A stretch of 36,854 nt of DNA from positions 1-36,854 of the forward strand of contig CAZAAM010000002.1 in assembly GCA_964483055.1 (NCBI GenBank). Direction: 5' to 3'. The position numbers and the translations under genes are program-made. Positions within the stretch are counted from its first letter, which is position 1, and every line of letters begins with the position of its first letter. The notes under the pieces were generated by a model. The model ran no database searches and had not been told where the DNA came from. It saw only the letters and a list, made by a program, of their open reading frames with translations. Source of the stretch: an uncultured Victivallales bacterium (GTDB lineage: Bacteria > Verrucomicrobiota > Lentisphaeria > Victivallales > UBA1829). Below, one piece after another: positions 7,801-16,269 of this stretch.

Positions 7801-9069
7801 TTACCCCTCGGTTTCATAAAAGATGCGTTTTGCTTTTCCTTCCGTTCGCGGAAGCGAGCCGGGCTTGTAGACGTCGCCTTCCGGAGCGAAGCCGAGATCT
7901 TCCTTCAACTGCTTCTCCACCATGAATCCGGTGACGCCGTCCTCCGCCTCGACGTTGACGCGTACGCTTTTTACTCCGTGACGGTCGCGGATGATGATTT
8001 GATAGTTCGGATGCACGCCCGGAATCTTGAGAAGACTCCGTTCCACTTGCGACGGGAAGAAATTGACGCCGCTGACGATCAGCATGTCGTCCAGACGCCC
8101 GCTGATCGTGTCCAGACGCAGATGCGTGCGGCCGCAGACGCATTTTCCCCGCGTGAGGATGCGTCCGCGGTCGTGCGTGCGGAAACGGATCGCCGGAAGC
8201 GCTTCGCGAGTCAGCGACGTGATCGTGATTTCTCCGTATTCTCCGTCCGGAACGGGGTCTCCGGTTTCCGGATCAACGACTTCAATGACATACTGGTCTT
8301 CCCAGACGTGAATCCCTTCATGCGCCGGGCAGTCCATGCCGAGGCCGATGCCGCCGGTTTCCGTCATGCCGTAGATGTCGAACGCGTCGATGTCCAGTCC
8401 GTCGCGGATGCGCTTCTTCATTTCCGGCGAAAAGGATTCCGCTCCGAAGATGCCGATTTTCAAGTCAGGCAGTCCTTGTTCGTCCAAAAGCTCCATCAGA
8501 CGGATGGAATAGGAGACGACCGCGACGAGCGCCTTCGTCTTGAAATCCCGCGCAAGCTTGATTTGGCGGAGCGTATTGCCGGCTCCGCTCGGGATGACGA
8601 ACAGTCCTGCCGCGCGGGCTCCGTGATAGCAGCCGAAGCCGCCGTTGAACAGACCGAATCCTGGCGTGATCTGACAGACGTCGCCCGGATGCGTTCCGGC
8701 CATGACGTAGCACCGCGCCATGCATTCCGCCCATTGCTTCAAATCGTTTTCCGTATATGGCATGACGACCGGCGTTCCAGTCGATCCGCTCGACATGTGC
8801 ATTTCCGCGATTCTGCTTTTGTCGACGCAGGACATGCCCAGCGGATATTGCAGGCGGAAGTCGTTCTTGTCGCAAAAGGGCAGCTTGTGAAGATCGGCAA
8901 GACCGCGGAAGGTCGAGGGATCTACGCCGCATTCGCGGAATCGTTTCGCCTGCCACGGACTGTTCGCCGCGACATAGGCCACGATGCGCTTCAGCCGATC
9001 GTTCTGCAGCATTTCGAGCCGTTCCCGGCTCATTGTCTCCGCTTCTTCGTCACGATATTGAAATTTCAT
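7801..9069 (-). CDS. paaK: Phenylacetate-CoA ligase family protein (PaaK-like aryl-acetate adenylating enzyme), 422 aa
   Basis: The N-terminus (ERLEMLQNDRLKRIVAYVAANSPWQAKRFRECGVDPSTFRGLADLHKLPFCDKNDFRLQYPLGM) and the SSGSTGTP AMP-binding motif are typical of the PaaK family. The ATG at 9069 overlaps the iorB TGA. Confidence 0.88.
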   Translation of the reverse strand: MKFQYRDEEAETMSRERLEMLQNDRLKRIVAYVAANSPWQAKRFRECGVDPSTFRGLADLHKLPFCDKNDFRLQYPLGMSCVDKSRIAEMHMSSGSTGTPVVMPYTENDLKQWAECMARCYVMAGTHPGDVCQITPGFGLFNGGFGCYHGARAAGLFVIPSGAGNTLRQIKLARDFKTKALVAVVSYSIRLMELLDEQGLPDLKIGIFGAESFSPEMKKRIRDGLDIDAFDIYGMTETGGIGLGMDCPAHEGIHVWEDQYVIEVVDPETGDPVPDGEYGEITITSLTREALPAIRFRTHDRGRILTRGKCVCGRTHLRLDTISGRLDDMLIVSGVNFFPSQVERSLLKIPGVHPNYQIIIRDRHGVKSVRVNVEAEDGVTGFMVEKQLKEDLGFAPEGDVYKPGSLPRTEGKAKRIFYETEG

Positions 9070-9641
9070 GGCAAGTTGCGTCCTTTCCGGAATGCGCGCA
9101 GATCGGCATCCACGAATTCTTTTTTCACACGGCGTTCAATGGCCGCGCACCATGCCTCTTCCGGAATGCCTGGCAACGCGTTGGAGAGAATTCCGGTCAG
9201 CACGACGTTCGCCAGCTTGGCGCTCCCTTCCTCCTGCGCGAGCTTCCCGCAATCCGCATAGCGCAGATTGCGGAACACGGCGCGGAGACGCGCTTCCACG
9301 TCGTCGGGATAGCGGCAGGCGCCTGTCGTCGCCGTGACAGGGACGATCGTCGTGCGAGCGACCGCCGCGAGTCCGTCCGGCTTCAGAAAGTGAGCCCAGC
9401 GCAACGCTTCCACGTGCTCCATGGCGGCGAGGACGTCGACGGTTCCCTCCAGAGCCAGCGGCGAAAAGACTTTTTCGCCGAAGCGCACTTGCGCCGTGAC
9501 GGATCCCCCGCGCTGCGCCATGCCGTGAATTTCATTGGTCTTCACGTCATGTCCGACAAATTCCGCGGCGGAGGCGATGATTCCCGCGCTCAGCAGGATG
9601 CCCTGTCCCCCGACGCCGGTCAGTAGAATGCTTGTAATCAT
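9066..9641 (-). CDS. iorB: Indolepyruvate:ferredoxin oxidoreductase, beta subunit, 191 aa
   Basis: MITSILLTGVGGQGILLSAGII...HGMAQRGGSV is the gamma-type domain of 2-oxoacid:ferredoxin oxidoreductases, at IorB size. ATG at 9641. Confidence 0.88.
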   Translation of the reverse strand: MITSILLTGVGGQGILLSAGIIASAAEFVGHDVKTNEIHGMAQRGGSVTAQVRFGEKVFSPLALEGTVDVLAAMEHVEALRWAHFLKPDGLAAVARTTIVPVTATTGACRYPDDVEARLRAVFRNLRYADCGKLAQEEGSAKLANVVLTGILSNALPGIPEEAWCAAIERRVKKEFVDADLRAFRKGRNLP

Positions 9642-9676
9642 AGGCGCGCGTCTTTTCCGTTCTTCATTCGTCGCAT

Positions 9677-9705
9677 ACTATACTTCGGAATGCAGGAATT
9701 TTCAA
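9677..9705 (-). promoter_or_regulatory. Sigma70-type promoter of the iorB-paaK-aminotransferase-iorA-NUDIX operon
   Basis: The minus strand reads TTGAAA-17 nt-TATAGT in an AT-rich island, about 35 nt upstream of the iorB ATG. Confidence 0.6.
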
Positions 9706-9860
9706 TATATGGAATTATTTTTGAACGCATCTTTGTCGAACGGAAGCTGTTCCGCGCGCATGCGCGCGAAATGCGCCGTCGCGACAGACAGGAAACGCGC
9801 TCATCGCGAATTCGCCGGCGTCGGACGCCGCCTTCCGACGGTTTCATCGACTCGAGCGCA

Positions 9861-11546
9861 TCAGGCCTTCTTGACGATCTTCGCCCAGGAATCCTTCAGC
9901 GCGACGGTCCGGTTGAAGACCGGTTCGCCAGGCTTGTGGTCCTTAGGATCGGAATAAAAGTATCCGACGCGTTCGAACTGAATCGGCGTTGCGGGCGGAA
10001 GCGCGGCCGCGGCGGGCTCCATCAGGAAGCGGACGGATTTCTTCGAATCAGGATTCAAATAGTTTCGCCAGTCCTCATCGTCCGGAATCGCGGAGGTGTC
10101 CGCGATCGTGAAAAGCTTGTCGTACAGACGCGCCTCGCCTTCTGCGGCGTGCTGCGCGGAAACCCAGTGAATCGTCCCCTTGACCTTGCGTCCGTCCGGA
10201 GCGTTTCCGCCGGCCGTGGCGGGATCGTAGGTCGCATGGAGCGTCGCAATGGCGCCGTTTTCATCCTTTTCGAAGGATGTGACGGTGATAAAATAGGCGC
10301 AGCGGAGACGCACCTCGCGTCCGACGGAGAGCCTATGGAACTGCTTGACAGGATGTTCCATGAAATCGGCGCGTTCGACGTAGAGAACCTTGGAGAATGG
10401 AACCTTGCGCGTGCCGGCGGCGGGATCTTCGGGATTGTTGACGACATCGATTTCCTCGACTTGACCATCGGGATAGTTGTCGATGACGAGCTTCAAGGGA
10501 TCCATGACGCCCATGAAACGGCGCGCAGTCTTGTTAAGTTCGTTGCGGACGCAGTAGTCCAAAAGCTCGATTTCCGTCAGACTGTTGAACTTCGTGACGC
10601 CGACCGTTTCACAGAAGTCGCGGACGGCCTGCGCAGGAACGCCGCGCCGCCGGAGTCCGCAGATCGTCGGCATGCGCGGGTCGTCCCAGCCGTCGACGAG
10701 TCCTTCCTGAACGAGCGTGAGAAGCTTTCGCTTGCTCATTACCGTATAGGTCAGGTTCAGGCGGGCGAATTCAATCTGGCGCGGCTTGCACGGCGTATCG
10801 GCCGCCTGAATGATCCAGTCGTAAAGCGGACGATGAATCTCGAATTCCAAGGTGCAGATGGAGTGCGTGATGCCCTCGATGGCGTCTTCCAAAGGATGCG
10901 CGAAGTCGTACAGGGGATAGATGCACCATTTGCTTCCGGTGTTGTGATGTTCCGCATGGCGGATGCGGTAAATGGCCGGATCGCGCATGTGCATGTTGGG
11001 ACTGGCCATGTCGATGCGCGCACGAAGCACCTTGGCGCCGTCGGGGAATTCGCCGTTCCGCATGCGCTGGAAAAGGTCAAGGTTTTCCTCGATGGAACGC
11101 GCGCGTCCGGGCGGCTCCTTGCCGGGTTCCGTCAGGGTGCCGCGATATTCCTTGAACGCGGCTTCGTCAAGGTCGTCGACGTAGGCCAGGCCCTTGCGAA
11201 TCATGACGAGCGCATATTCATACATCTGGTCGAAGTAGTCGGACGCCTGATAGCAACGATCCTCCCAATCGGCGCCGAGCCAGCGGACATCCTCCAAAAT
11301 GGAGTCGACGTATTCCGTGTCCTCCTTGGTCGGATTGGTGTCGTCCATGCGCAGGTTGAACGTGCCATGGAACTTGACAGCGGTTCCGTAGTTCAGGCAG
11401 ATGCTTTTCGCATGACCGATGTGCAGATATCCGTTCGGCTCCGGGGGGAAGCGGGTGGAAACCCGTCCGTCGTTCTTTCCGGCGGCGAGGTCGGCTTCGA
11501 TGATTTCGTGAATGAAGTTCGTCGGCTTGCTTTCATTTTCGTTCAT
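9861..11546 (-). CDS. glnS: Glutaminyl-tRNA synthetase, 561 aa
   Basis: Starts MNENESKPTNFIHEIIEADL. HIGH motif (PEPNGYLHIGHAKS) and KMSKS variant (VMSKR). The ATG at 11546 is preceded by GGAGGAGGG. Confidence 0.92.
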   Translation of the reverse strand: MNENESKPTNFIHEIIEADLAAGKNDGRVSTRFPPEPNGYLHIGHAKSICLNYGTAVKFHGTFNLRMDDTNPTKEDTEYVDSILEDVRWLGADWEDRCYQASDYFDQMYEYALVMIRKGLAYVDDLDEAAFKEYRGTLTEPGKEPPGRARSIEENLDLFQRMRNGEFPDGAKVLRARIDMASPNMHMRDPAIYRIRHAEHHNTGSKWCIYPLYDFAHPLEDAIEGITHSICTLEFEIHRPLYDWIIQAADTPCKPRQIEFARLNLTYTVMSKRKLLTLVQEGLVDGWDDPRMPTICGLRRRGVPAQAVRDFCETVGVTKFNSLTEIELLDYCVRNELNKTARRFMGVMDPLKLVIDNYPDGQVEEIDVVNNPEDPAAGTRKVPFSKVLYVERADFMEHPVKQFHRLSVGREVRLRCAYFITVTSFEKDENGAIATLHATYDPATAGGNAPDGRKVKGTIHWVSAQHAAEGEARLYDKLFTIADTSAIPDDEDWRNYLNPDSKKSVRFLMEPAAAALPPATPIQFERVGYFYSDPKDHKPGEPVFNRTVALKDSWAKIVKKA

Positions 11547-11620
11547 GGCTTCGTCCCTCCTCCGGGGCTCGGACCGTCCCGTCCGTCTGTTGCGTTGTTG
11601 CGGCGCTCCGGATCGCCGGA

Positions 11621-13732
11621 TCATTCTCCGGCGAGTTCCTTAAGCATGTCGTCCGGGAGCTTGTCGATGGCGCGTATCGTGCAGACGCCGGCGTCCGGAA
11701 TCGTGACGCTGTCGCCGACTTTGCGATCCATCAGGGCGGCTCCGGCGCGCGTCGTATAGGAAATGCGATTGCGTTCCGGATCGCCGTCCCACGCGCCGAG
11801 CACGTAGTATTCCATCTTTTTGCCGGCGGCGTTTTCAAGCGTGACATGACAGCCTGGGACGACATGTCCTTCGATTTTCGTGTTGCGGAAGTCGACGCTT
11901 TCAATGTAGCCGAGGATCTTTTCGAGATCGGCGCGACGACGATGAAGATAGCGGCGGCGCTCCTTGGCGGCGTCGTATTCGGCATTTTCGCGCAAGTCGC
12001 CGAAGCTGCGGGCGTAGGCGACGGCGGCGGCGTTTTGCGGAATCTGGTTTTCGATCAGATCCTGCAGTTCCGCGGCAAGGCGCTTGTGGCTGGCGAGGGA
12101 CGTCATCGGCGGCTGTTCCGTCTGAGTCTTCGCCGCTCCGCCCATGATCTTGCGCCCCTCTCCGCTTTCGATGTACGCTTTGAGATCTGCGGAGTGGCGC
12201 GCCATCTTGACCATGATGCTTTGACGTTCGCCGGGCTGCGCTTCGCGATACTTCTGCAGGGAATTGATGATGGAAGGAATGTCGCAATCGGCGTTTTCAA
12301 TGAGGAACTTCTGGAAGTCGGCCTTGTCATGAAGCGTCTTGCGGAGCTCGCGCTGAGCGGCGGCCCATTCCTTCGGCAGATTCTGAAGGTTGAGCGCGCT
12401 GGCGACGGCTTCCATGTCGATCGACGTCGTGACCATGCTCGGCAGATCCTTGCGGTTCTTCCAGACCCAAAGGATCACGTCGGACGAAAGAGACTTCATC
12501 GCAAGGATGTCGTTCGTCGCAAGCGGGACGAGCTTCTTGTCCTCGAACAGAACGTTCATGCAACGGATCGGAAGGCGCAGGCCCAAGAGCACGATCTCCT
12601 GATCGGAATAGAGCAGGCGCGCGGCCTTGATGAATCCGGCGAGGAACTTGACAGGGAATCGCGCCCACAGGTCGAGATTCCGCACGTCGCAGGAAGCGGA
12701 GACGTCCGCCGGCCAGAAGGGCATGCGTCCGCGCAGTGGAGCGAACATGTCGGCGAGAAGCGCAGGATCCGCGGAGGCGTTCGCGAGGCAGGAAATGGAT
12801 TCCGCCAGCATTTCGGCCTCCTTCGGCTGCATTCCCGGTCGCAGATGGGAGAAGAGCTTCTTGAGTTTTTCAGCCGCGGCGGCGTCCAGCGCGATCGACT
12901 CGCCCTTTTCGATGGCGGGCTTCAAAAGAGTAAACAGCTCCAGTACGCTGCGGGAGTCCGCAAAGGTGCGTTTCGCCGGCGTCGCGGAGGCGACGACCGG
13001 AGATGCGCTCCACCATGCTTGGAACTCGTCCGGAGTGAAGATTCCGGGCACGGTCAGGTGCAGGACAAGTTCTCGGAGCGTGGATTCCGGAACTTCGGAA
13101 AGCACGTTTTTCTTAAGCACGCGGCGATATTCTGCGGAGGACTTCATGGCTCCCTTCAGCGGATGAAGCAGCGCAAGAAGGTCTGGCGTCGTGTCGAAGA
13201 AGGAGGCGTTCGTCACCGCGCTCGCGATAGGAAGACTGGAGACGCTGGCGCCGCGGAAGGGAATGACGGCGATCGTTCCGGTCACTTTGTCAATGCTGCT
13301 GATCTTGCCGCACTGGTGCGTTTCATGGTGATAGATGACTGCGGTGGAGCGAAGACGCTGGAGCTTTTTCAGGCGGCTGGCGACTTCGTGGACGCTCTGC
13401 TTGGCGTCGCGTGCGCCGACCGCCTTGACGACCTGCCCGCTCATCAGATACGGGGGCAGGAGCTTGCGGACGGCGCATTGAAGAGCGGATCGGAAGTTCG
13501 GCGTGTCGAGCGCGGAAAGATCGGCCAGCTTGATGCAGAGCTTCGCCTTCTCTTCGGAGGCGGCGATCTGATCCTCCCACATTTCAAACAGGGCGTCGAA
13601 GCTGTCGGCGGCGGCCCGGAGATCCTGAAGATCGGCGGAGTCGATCCGTTCAATCAGCCGGTTCACATCCTCTTCGCGCCCGTTCTTTGCAAGTTCAATC
13701 AGTTCCGACAACGTAAAATCCGCATTGCTCAT
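11621..13732 (-). CDS. greA: Long GreA-family transcript-cleavage factor (about 550-aa N-terminal extension plus C-terminal GreA/GreB domains), 703 aa
   Basis: The C-terminus (FGDLRENAEYDAAKERRRYL...VVPGCHVTLE...YYVLGAWDGDP...ISYTTRAGAALMDRKVGDSV) is a GreA coiled-coil plus FKBP-like domain. ATG at 13732 with AAGGAG 12 nt upstream. The track start at 13774 is a TTG. Confidence 0.8.
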   Translation of the reverse strand: MSNADFTLSELIELAKNGREEDVNRLIERIDSADLQDLRAAADSFDALFEMWEDQIAASEEKAKLCIKLADLSALDTPNFRSALQCAVRKLLPPYLMSGQVVKAVGARDAKQSVHEVASRLKKLQRLRSTAVIYHHETHQCGKISSIDKVTGTIAVIPFRGASVSSLPIASAVTNASFFDTTPDLLALLHPLKGAMKSSAEYRRVLKKNVLSEVPESTLRELVLHLTVPGIFTPDEFQAWWSASPVVASATPAKRTFADSRSVLELFTLLKPAIEKGESIALDAAAAEKLKKLFSHLRPGMQPKEAEMLAESISCLANASADPALLADMFAPLRGRMPFWPADVSASCDVRNLDLWARFPVKFLAGFIKAARLLYSDQEIVLLGLRLPIRCMNVLFEDKKLVPLATNDILAMKSLSSDVILWVWKNRKDLPSMVTTSIDMEAVASALNLQNLPKEWAAAQRELRKTLHDKADFQKFLIENADCDIPSIINSLQKYREAQPGERQSIMVKMARHSADLKAYIESGEGRKIMGGAAKTQTEQPPMTSLASHKRLAAELQDLIENQIPQNAAAVAYARSFGDLRENAEYDAAKERRRYLHRRRADLEKILGYIESVDFRNTKIEGHVVPGCHVTLENAAGKKMEYYVLGAWDGDPERNRISYTTRAGAALMDRKVGDSVTIPDAGVCTIRAIDKLPDDMLKELAGE

Positions 13733-13788
13733 GACGCGCCCGCGCTCCTTCGGCAGTATTAATATGGTTTTCAAATCGACAACCTTAT

Positions 13789-13817
13789 AATCTACATCCT
13801 TAGGCGCACTTTTTCAA
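13789..13817 (-). promoter_or_regulatory. Putative promoter of greA-glnS
   Basis: The minus strand reads TTGAAA-17 nt-TAGATT in the 80-nt gap after the ALDH stop. Confidence 0.4.
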
Positions 13818-13853
13818 CTTGATTTCGTCAGAAACAGGCAAGGCGGAGCGCAG

Positions 13854-15152
13854 TCATTTCGTCATGGCCTTCAGGAGTCCGACGCGAGCGTCCAGATTCG
13901 GCGGATAGCGCGCGGGCAGATCCATCCACGTCGCCTTGCACATGACAGGCTTCCTGTGCGTGAATGTTTCGAACGACCATTTCCCATGATAAGCGCCCAT
14001 TCCGCTCGGACCGACGCCGCCGAACGGCATCGATGCGTTCACGAGCTGCGTAACGCATTCGTTGACTCCGACGCTTCCGCTCGATGTCCGGGAGAGAACG
14101 AAGTCGCGCCCCTGGAATCCGTAATAATAGAGCGCAAGCGGCTTCGGACGCCGCGTCACGAAGGATGCCGCCTGCTCGAGGTCATCGAACGTCAGAACAG
14201 GAAGCAGCGGTCCGAAGATCTCCTCGCGCATCAGCGGTTCGTCCTCCTTTGCGTCCGCGATCACCGTCGGGGCGATGAAGCGGTCCGCGCGGTCGCATTG
14301 CAGCGCGCGCCCGTTCGCCAAAGCGACGAGGCGGTCGAAATGTCGCTCGTTGACGATGCGCGGATAATCCGGAGACAGTTGCGGATTTTCGCCGTAGAAG
14401 GCGCGGACATGATGGCGGATGCGTTCCAGCAGGGCGTCGCGAACGGAAGCGTGCACGAGCAGATAGTCTGGCGCGACGCAGGTCTGTCCGGCGTTCAGGA
14501 ACTTGCCCCAGACGATGCGCTTCGCGGAAAGGTCGATCTTCGCATCCCGGTCGACGATGCACGGAGACTTCCCTCCGAGCTCAAGCGTGACGGGCGTCAG
14601 ATTCTCCGCAGCCGCGACGGCGATCTTGCGCCCGACTTCCGCCCCGCCGGTATAGAAAATGTAGTCCCATTGCTCTTCCAGCAGCCGCTTCGCCGTCTCT
14701 GCGCCGCCCGTCACGACCGACATAAGCTCCGAAGGAAAGACGTCGGAGACGAGTCGGGAGATCGCCTCCGCCGTTGCAGGCGCAAGCTCCGAGGGCTTCA
14801 ATACGACGCGGTTTCCGGCCGCGAAAGCGCCGACAGCAGGGGACATCATCAGCTGAAACGGGTAGTTCCATGCGGAAAAGATCAAAACGCGTCCGTAGGG
14901 TTCGGCGAGAATCATGCCGGAGGCCGGCTGATTCTGCAGGGTGCAACGGACGCGGCGCGGACGGCTCCAGCGTTCCAGATTGCGGCGAAGCATGTCGACG
15001 TCCGCCAGAACGATGCTCGTTTCCGTGGCGATCGCCTCGAAGCGGCATTTCCCAAGATCGCGTTTCAATGCATTGCACAGTTCGTCTTCGCGTTTCTTGA
15101 TCGCATGAAACAATGCGCCCAGCAAGCTCCGTCGTTCCTTCGTCGAAATCAT
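13854..15152 (-). CDS. NAD(P)+ aldehyde dehydrogenase (ALDH3-like), 432 aa
   Basis: ELGGKSPCIV and NAGQTCVAPDY (catalytic Cys) motifs. Starts MISTKERRSLL at the ATG at 15152. Confidence 0.88.
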   Translation of the reverse strand: MISTKERRSLLGALFHAIKKREDELCNALKRDLGKCRFEAIATETSIVLADVDMLRRNLERWSRPRRVRCTLQNQPASGMILAEPYGRVLIFSAWNYPFQLMMSPAVGAFAAGNRVVLKPSELAPATAEAISRLVSDVFPSELMSVVTGGAETAKRLLEEQWDYIFYTGGAEVGRKIAVAAAENLTPVTLELGGKSPCIVDRDAKIDLSAKRIVWGKFLNAGQTCVAPDYLLVHASVRDALLERIRHHVRAFYGENPQLSPDYPRIVNERHFDRLVALANGRALQCDRADRFIAPTVIADAKEDEPLMREEIFGPLLPVLTFDDLEQAASFVTRRPKPLALYYYGFQGRDFVLSRTSSGSVGVNECVTQLVNASMPFGGVGPSGMGAYHGKWSFETFTHRKPVMCKATWMDLPARYPPNLDARVGLLKAMTK

Positions 15153-15188
15153 CGTCCGCCGTCCTTTCCCGTCGCCGATTTTGCGGAA

Positions 15189-15216
15189 ACTATAGCGCGT
15201 TTCCACGGAAAAGCAA
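15189..15216 (-). promoter_or_regulatory. Putative ALDH promoter (back-to-back with the xerC promoter)
   Basis: The minus strand reads TTGCTT-16 nt-TATAGT. Its -35 is one arm of the inverted repeat GCAAGC-N7-GCTTGC (15213-15231), shared with the divergent promoter. Confidence 0.45.
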
Positions 15217-15227
15217 GCCGCGCGCGC

Positions 15228-15255
15228 TTGCATATTCCGCGCGAGTCGCTATATT
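15228..15255 (+). promoter_or_regulatory. Putative xerC operon promoter
   Basis: TTGCAT-16 nt-TATATT, about 55 nt upstream of the ATG at 15310. Confidence 0.5.
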
Positions 15256-15309
15256 TTCCGGCAGAGTCTCCCATTGCGGCGATTCGGCGCCGACGGAAAG
15301 GAAAGCGAC

Positions 15310-16269
15310 ATGGAGCCTGTGCGGGACGAGTCCCTGAATCGATTCATCAGTTATTTGCGGAGCGAACGCGGCGCGTCCGAGCATACGACCGCGTCTTATG
15401 CGCTCGACATCCGACAGTTCGCCCTCCGGATTCTTAAGCGGGATCCTTGCGAAGGGGCGATCGACTGGGCGGGCGTCACGCTTTACGACGCGCGGGATTG
15501 CGTATCCGCGCTGACGCAGGACGGACTGGCGAGGACTTCCATCGTGCGCAAGCTTTCCGCCATGCGCACGTTCTATCGCTTTCTTCTGCGGGAGAACGTC
15601 GTCTCCGCCGATCCGTTCGGCGGGCTGACCTCGCCTCGAAAAAGCAAGACGCTTCCGAAGTACATGACCGTGCCGGAGGTGTCCCGCCTGCTGGACGCCC
15701 CGAAGGCCGTTTGGGAGGAACGGTTGCGATCCGGCGTCGTCAAGGATGAATTCAGCGCCGCCTTTTCCGCCGCGCGCGATGCCGCCGCGCTGGAGATCAT
15801 CTATTCCGGCGGATTGCGCATCAGCGAGGCTATGGGAATGAACTTCGGCGACGTCGACTTTCTCTCCGGCGTCGTCAAGATTCGCGGGAAGGGGAAGAAA
15901 GAGCGGTTGTGCGCGCTCGGCAAGCCGGCCGTCCGCGCCTTGCGCGCCTATTTCGCTCTGCGGAAAAGCGTCTCCCGCGATGAACGGCCGAAGACGGCGA
16001 TCTTCCTCAATCAAGAAGGCGGGCGCCTGACGCCGCGTTCGTTTCAGCGTAATTTCAAGCTGTATCTGAATCAGGCCGGCCTTCCGCCGGACATGACGCC
16101 GCATAAGCTCCGGCATTCCTTCGCGACGCATCTTTTGGATGCGGGCGCCGACCTGCGGAGCGTGCAGGCCTTGCTCGGACACGAGAATCTCAGCACGACG
16201 CAGATCTATACGCACGTCAGCATGGAACGACTGAGGCGCATCTATGACCAAGCGCATCCGCATGCCTGA
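15310..16269 (+). CDS. xerC: Tyrosine site-specific recombinase, XerC/XerD family, 319 aa
   Basis: Catalytic signature LRISEA, HKLRHSFATHLL and LGHENLSTTQIYTHV. The N-terminal SAM-like domain (FISYLRSERGASEHTTASYALDIRQF) is present. The track start at 15274 is a TTG. The ATG at 15310 follows GGAAAGGAAAG. Confidence 0.8.
   Translation: MEPVRDESLNRFISYLRSERGASEHTTASYALDIRQFALRILKRDPCEGAIDWAGVTLYDARDCVSALTQDGLARTSIVRKLSAMRTFYRFLLRENVVSADPFGGLTSPRKSKTLPKYMTVPEVSRLLDAPKAVWEERLRSGVVKDEFSAAFSAARDAAALEIIYSGGLRISEAMGMNFGDVDFLSGVVKIRGKGKKERLCALGKPAVRALRAYFALRKSVSRDERPKTAIFLNQEGGRLTPRSFQRNFKLYLNQAGLPPDMTPHKLRHSFATHLLDAGADLRSVQALLGHENLSTTQIYTHVSMERLRRIYDQAHPHA

Noticed and set aside
4844-9261. Plus-strand ORFs 4844..6790 (648 aa) and 7075..9261 (728 aa)
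   Set aside because: They are antisense to iorA, the aminotransferase and paaK. They are Arg-rich, with no motifs or ribosome-binding sites.
13733-13774. Longer N-terminal extensions given in the ORF track (for example greA from 13774, xerC from 15274, lexA-like from 27202, and the dfx, fprA, glnS, ALDH, HAD, NUDIX, M42 and NifS-like extensions)
   Set aside because: Several of these track starts are TTG or GTG codons inside the upstream gene or promoter. The extensions are Arg-rich. Internal ATGs with Shine-Dalgarno sequences align with the conserved N-termini of the respective families.
9690-15437. Plus-strand ORFs 9690..11759, 11846..13762 and 13956..15437
   Set aside because: They are antisense shadows of glnS, greA and the ALDH gene. 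The opposite-strand genes carry unambiguous family motifs.
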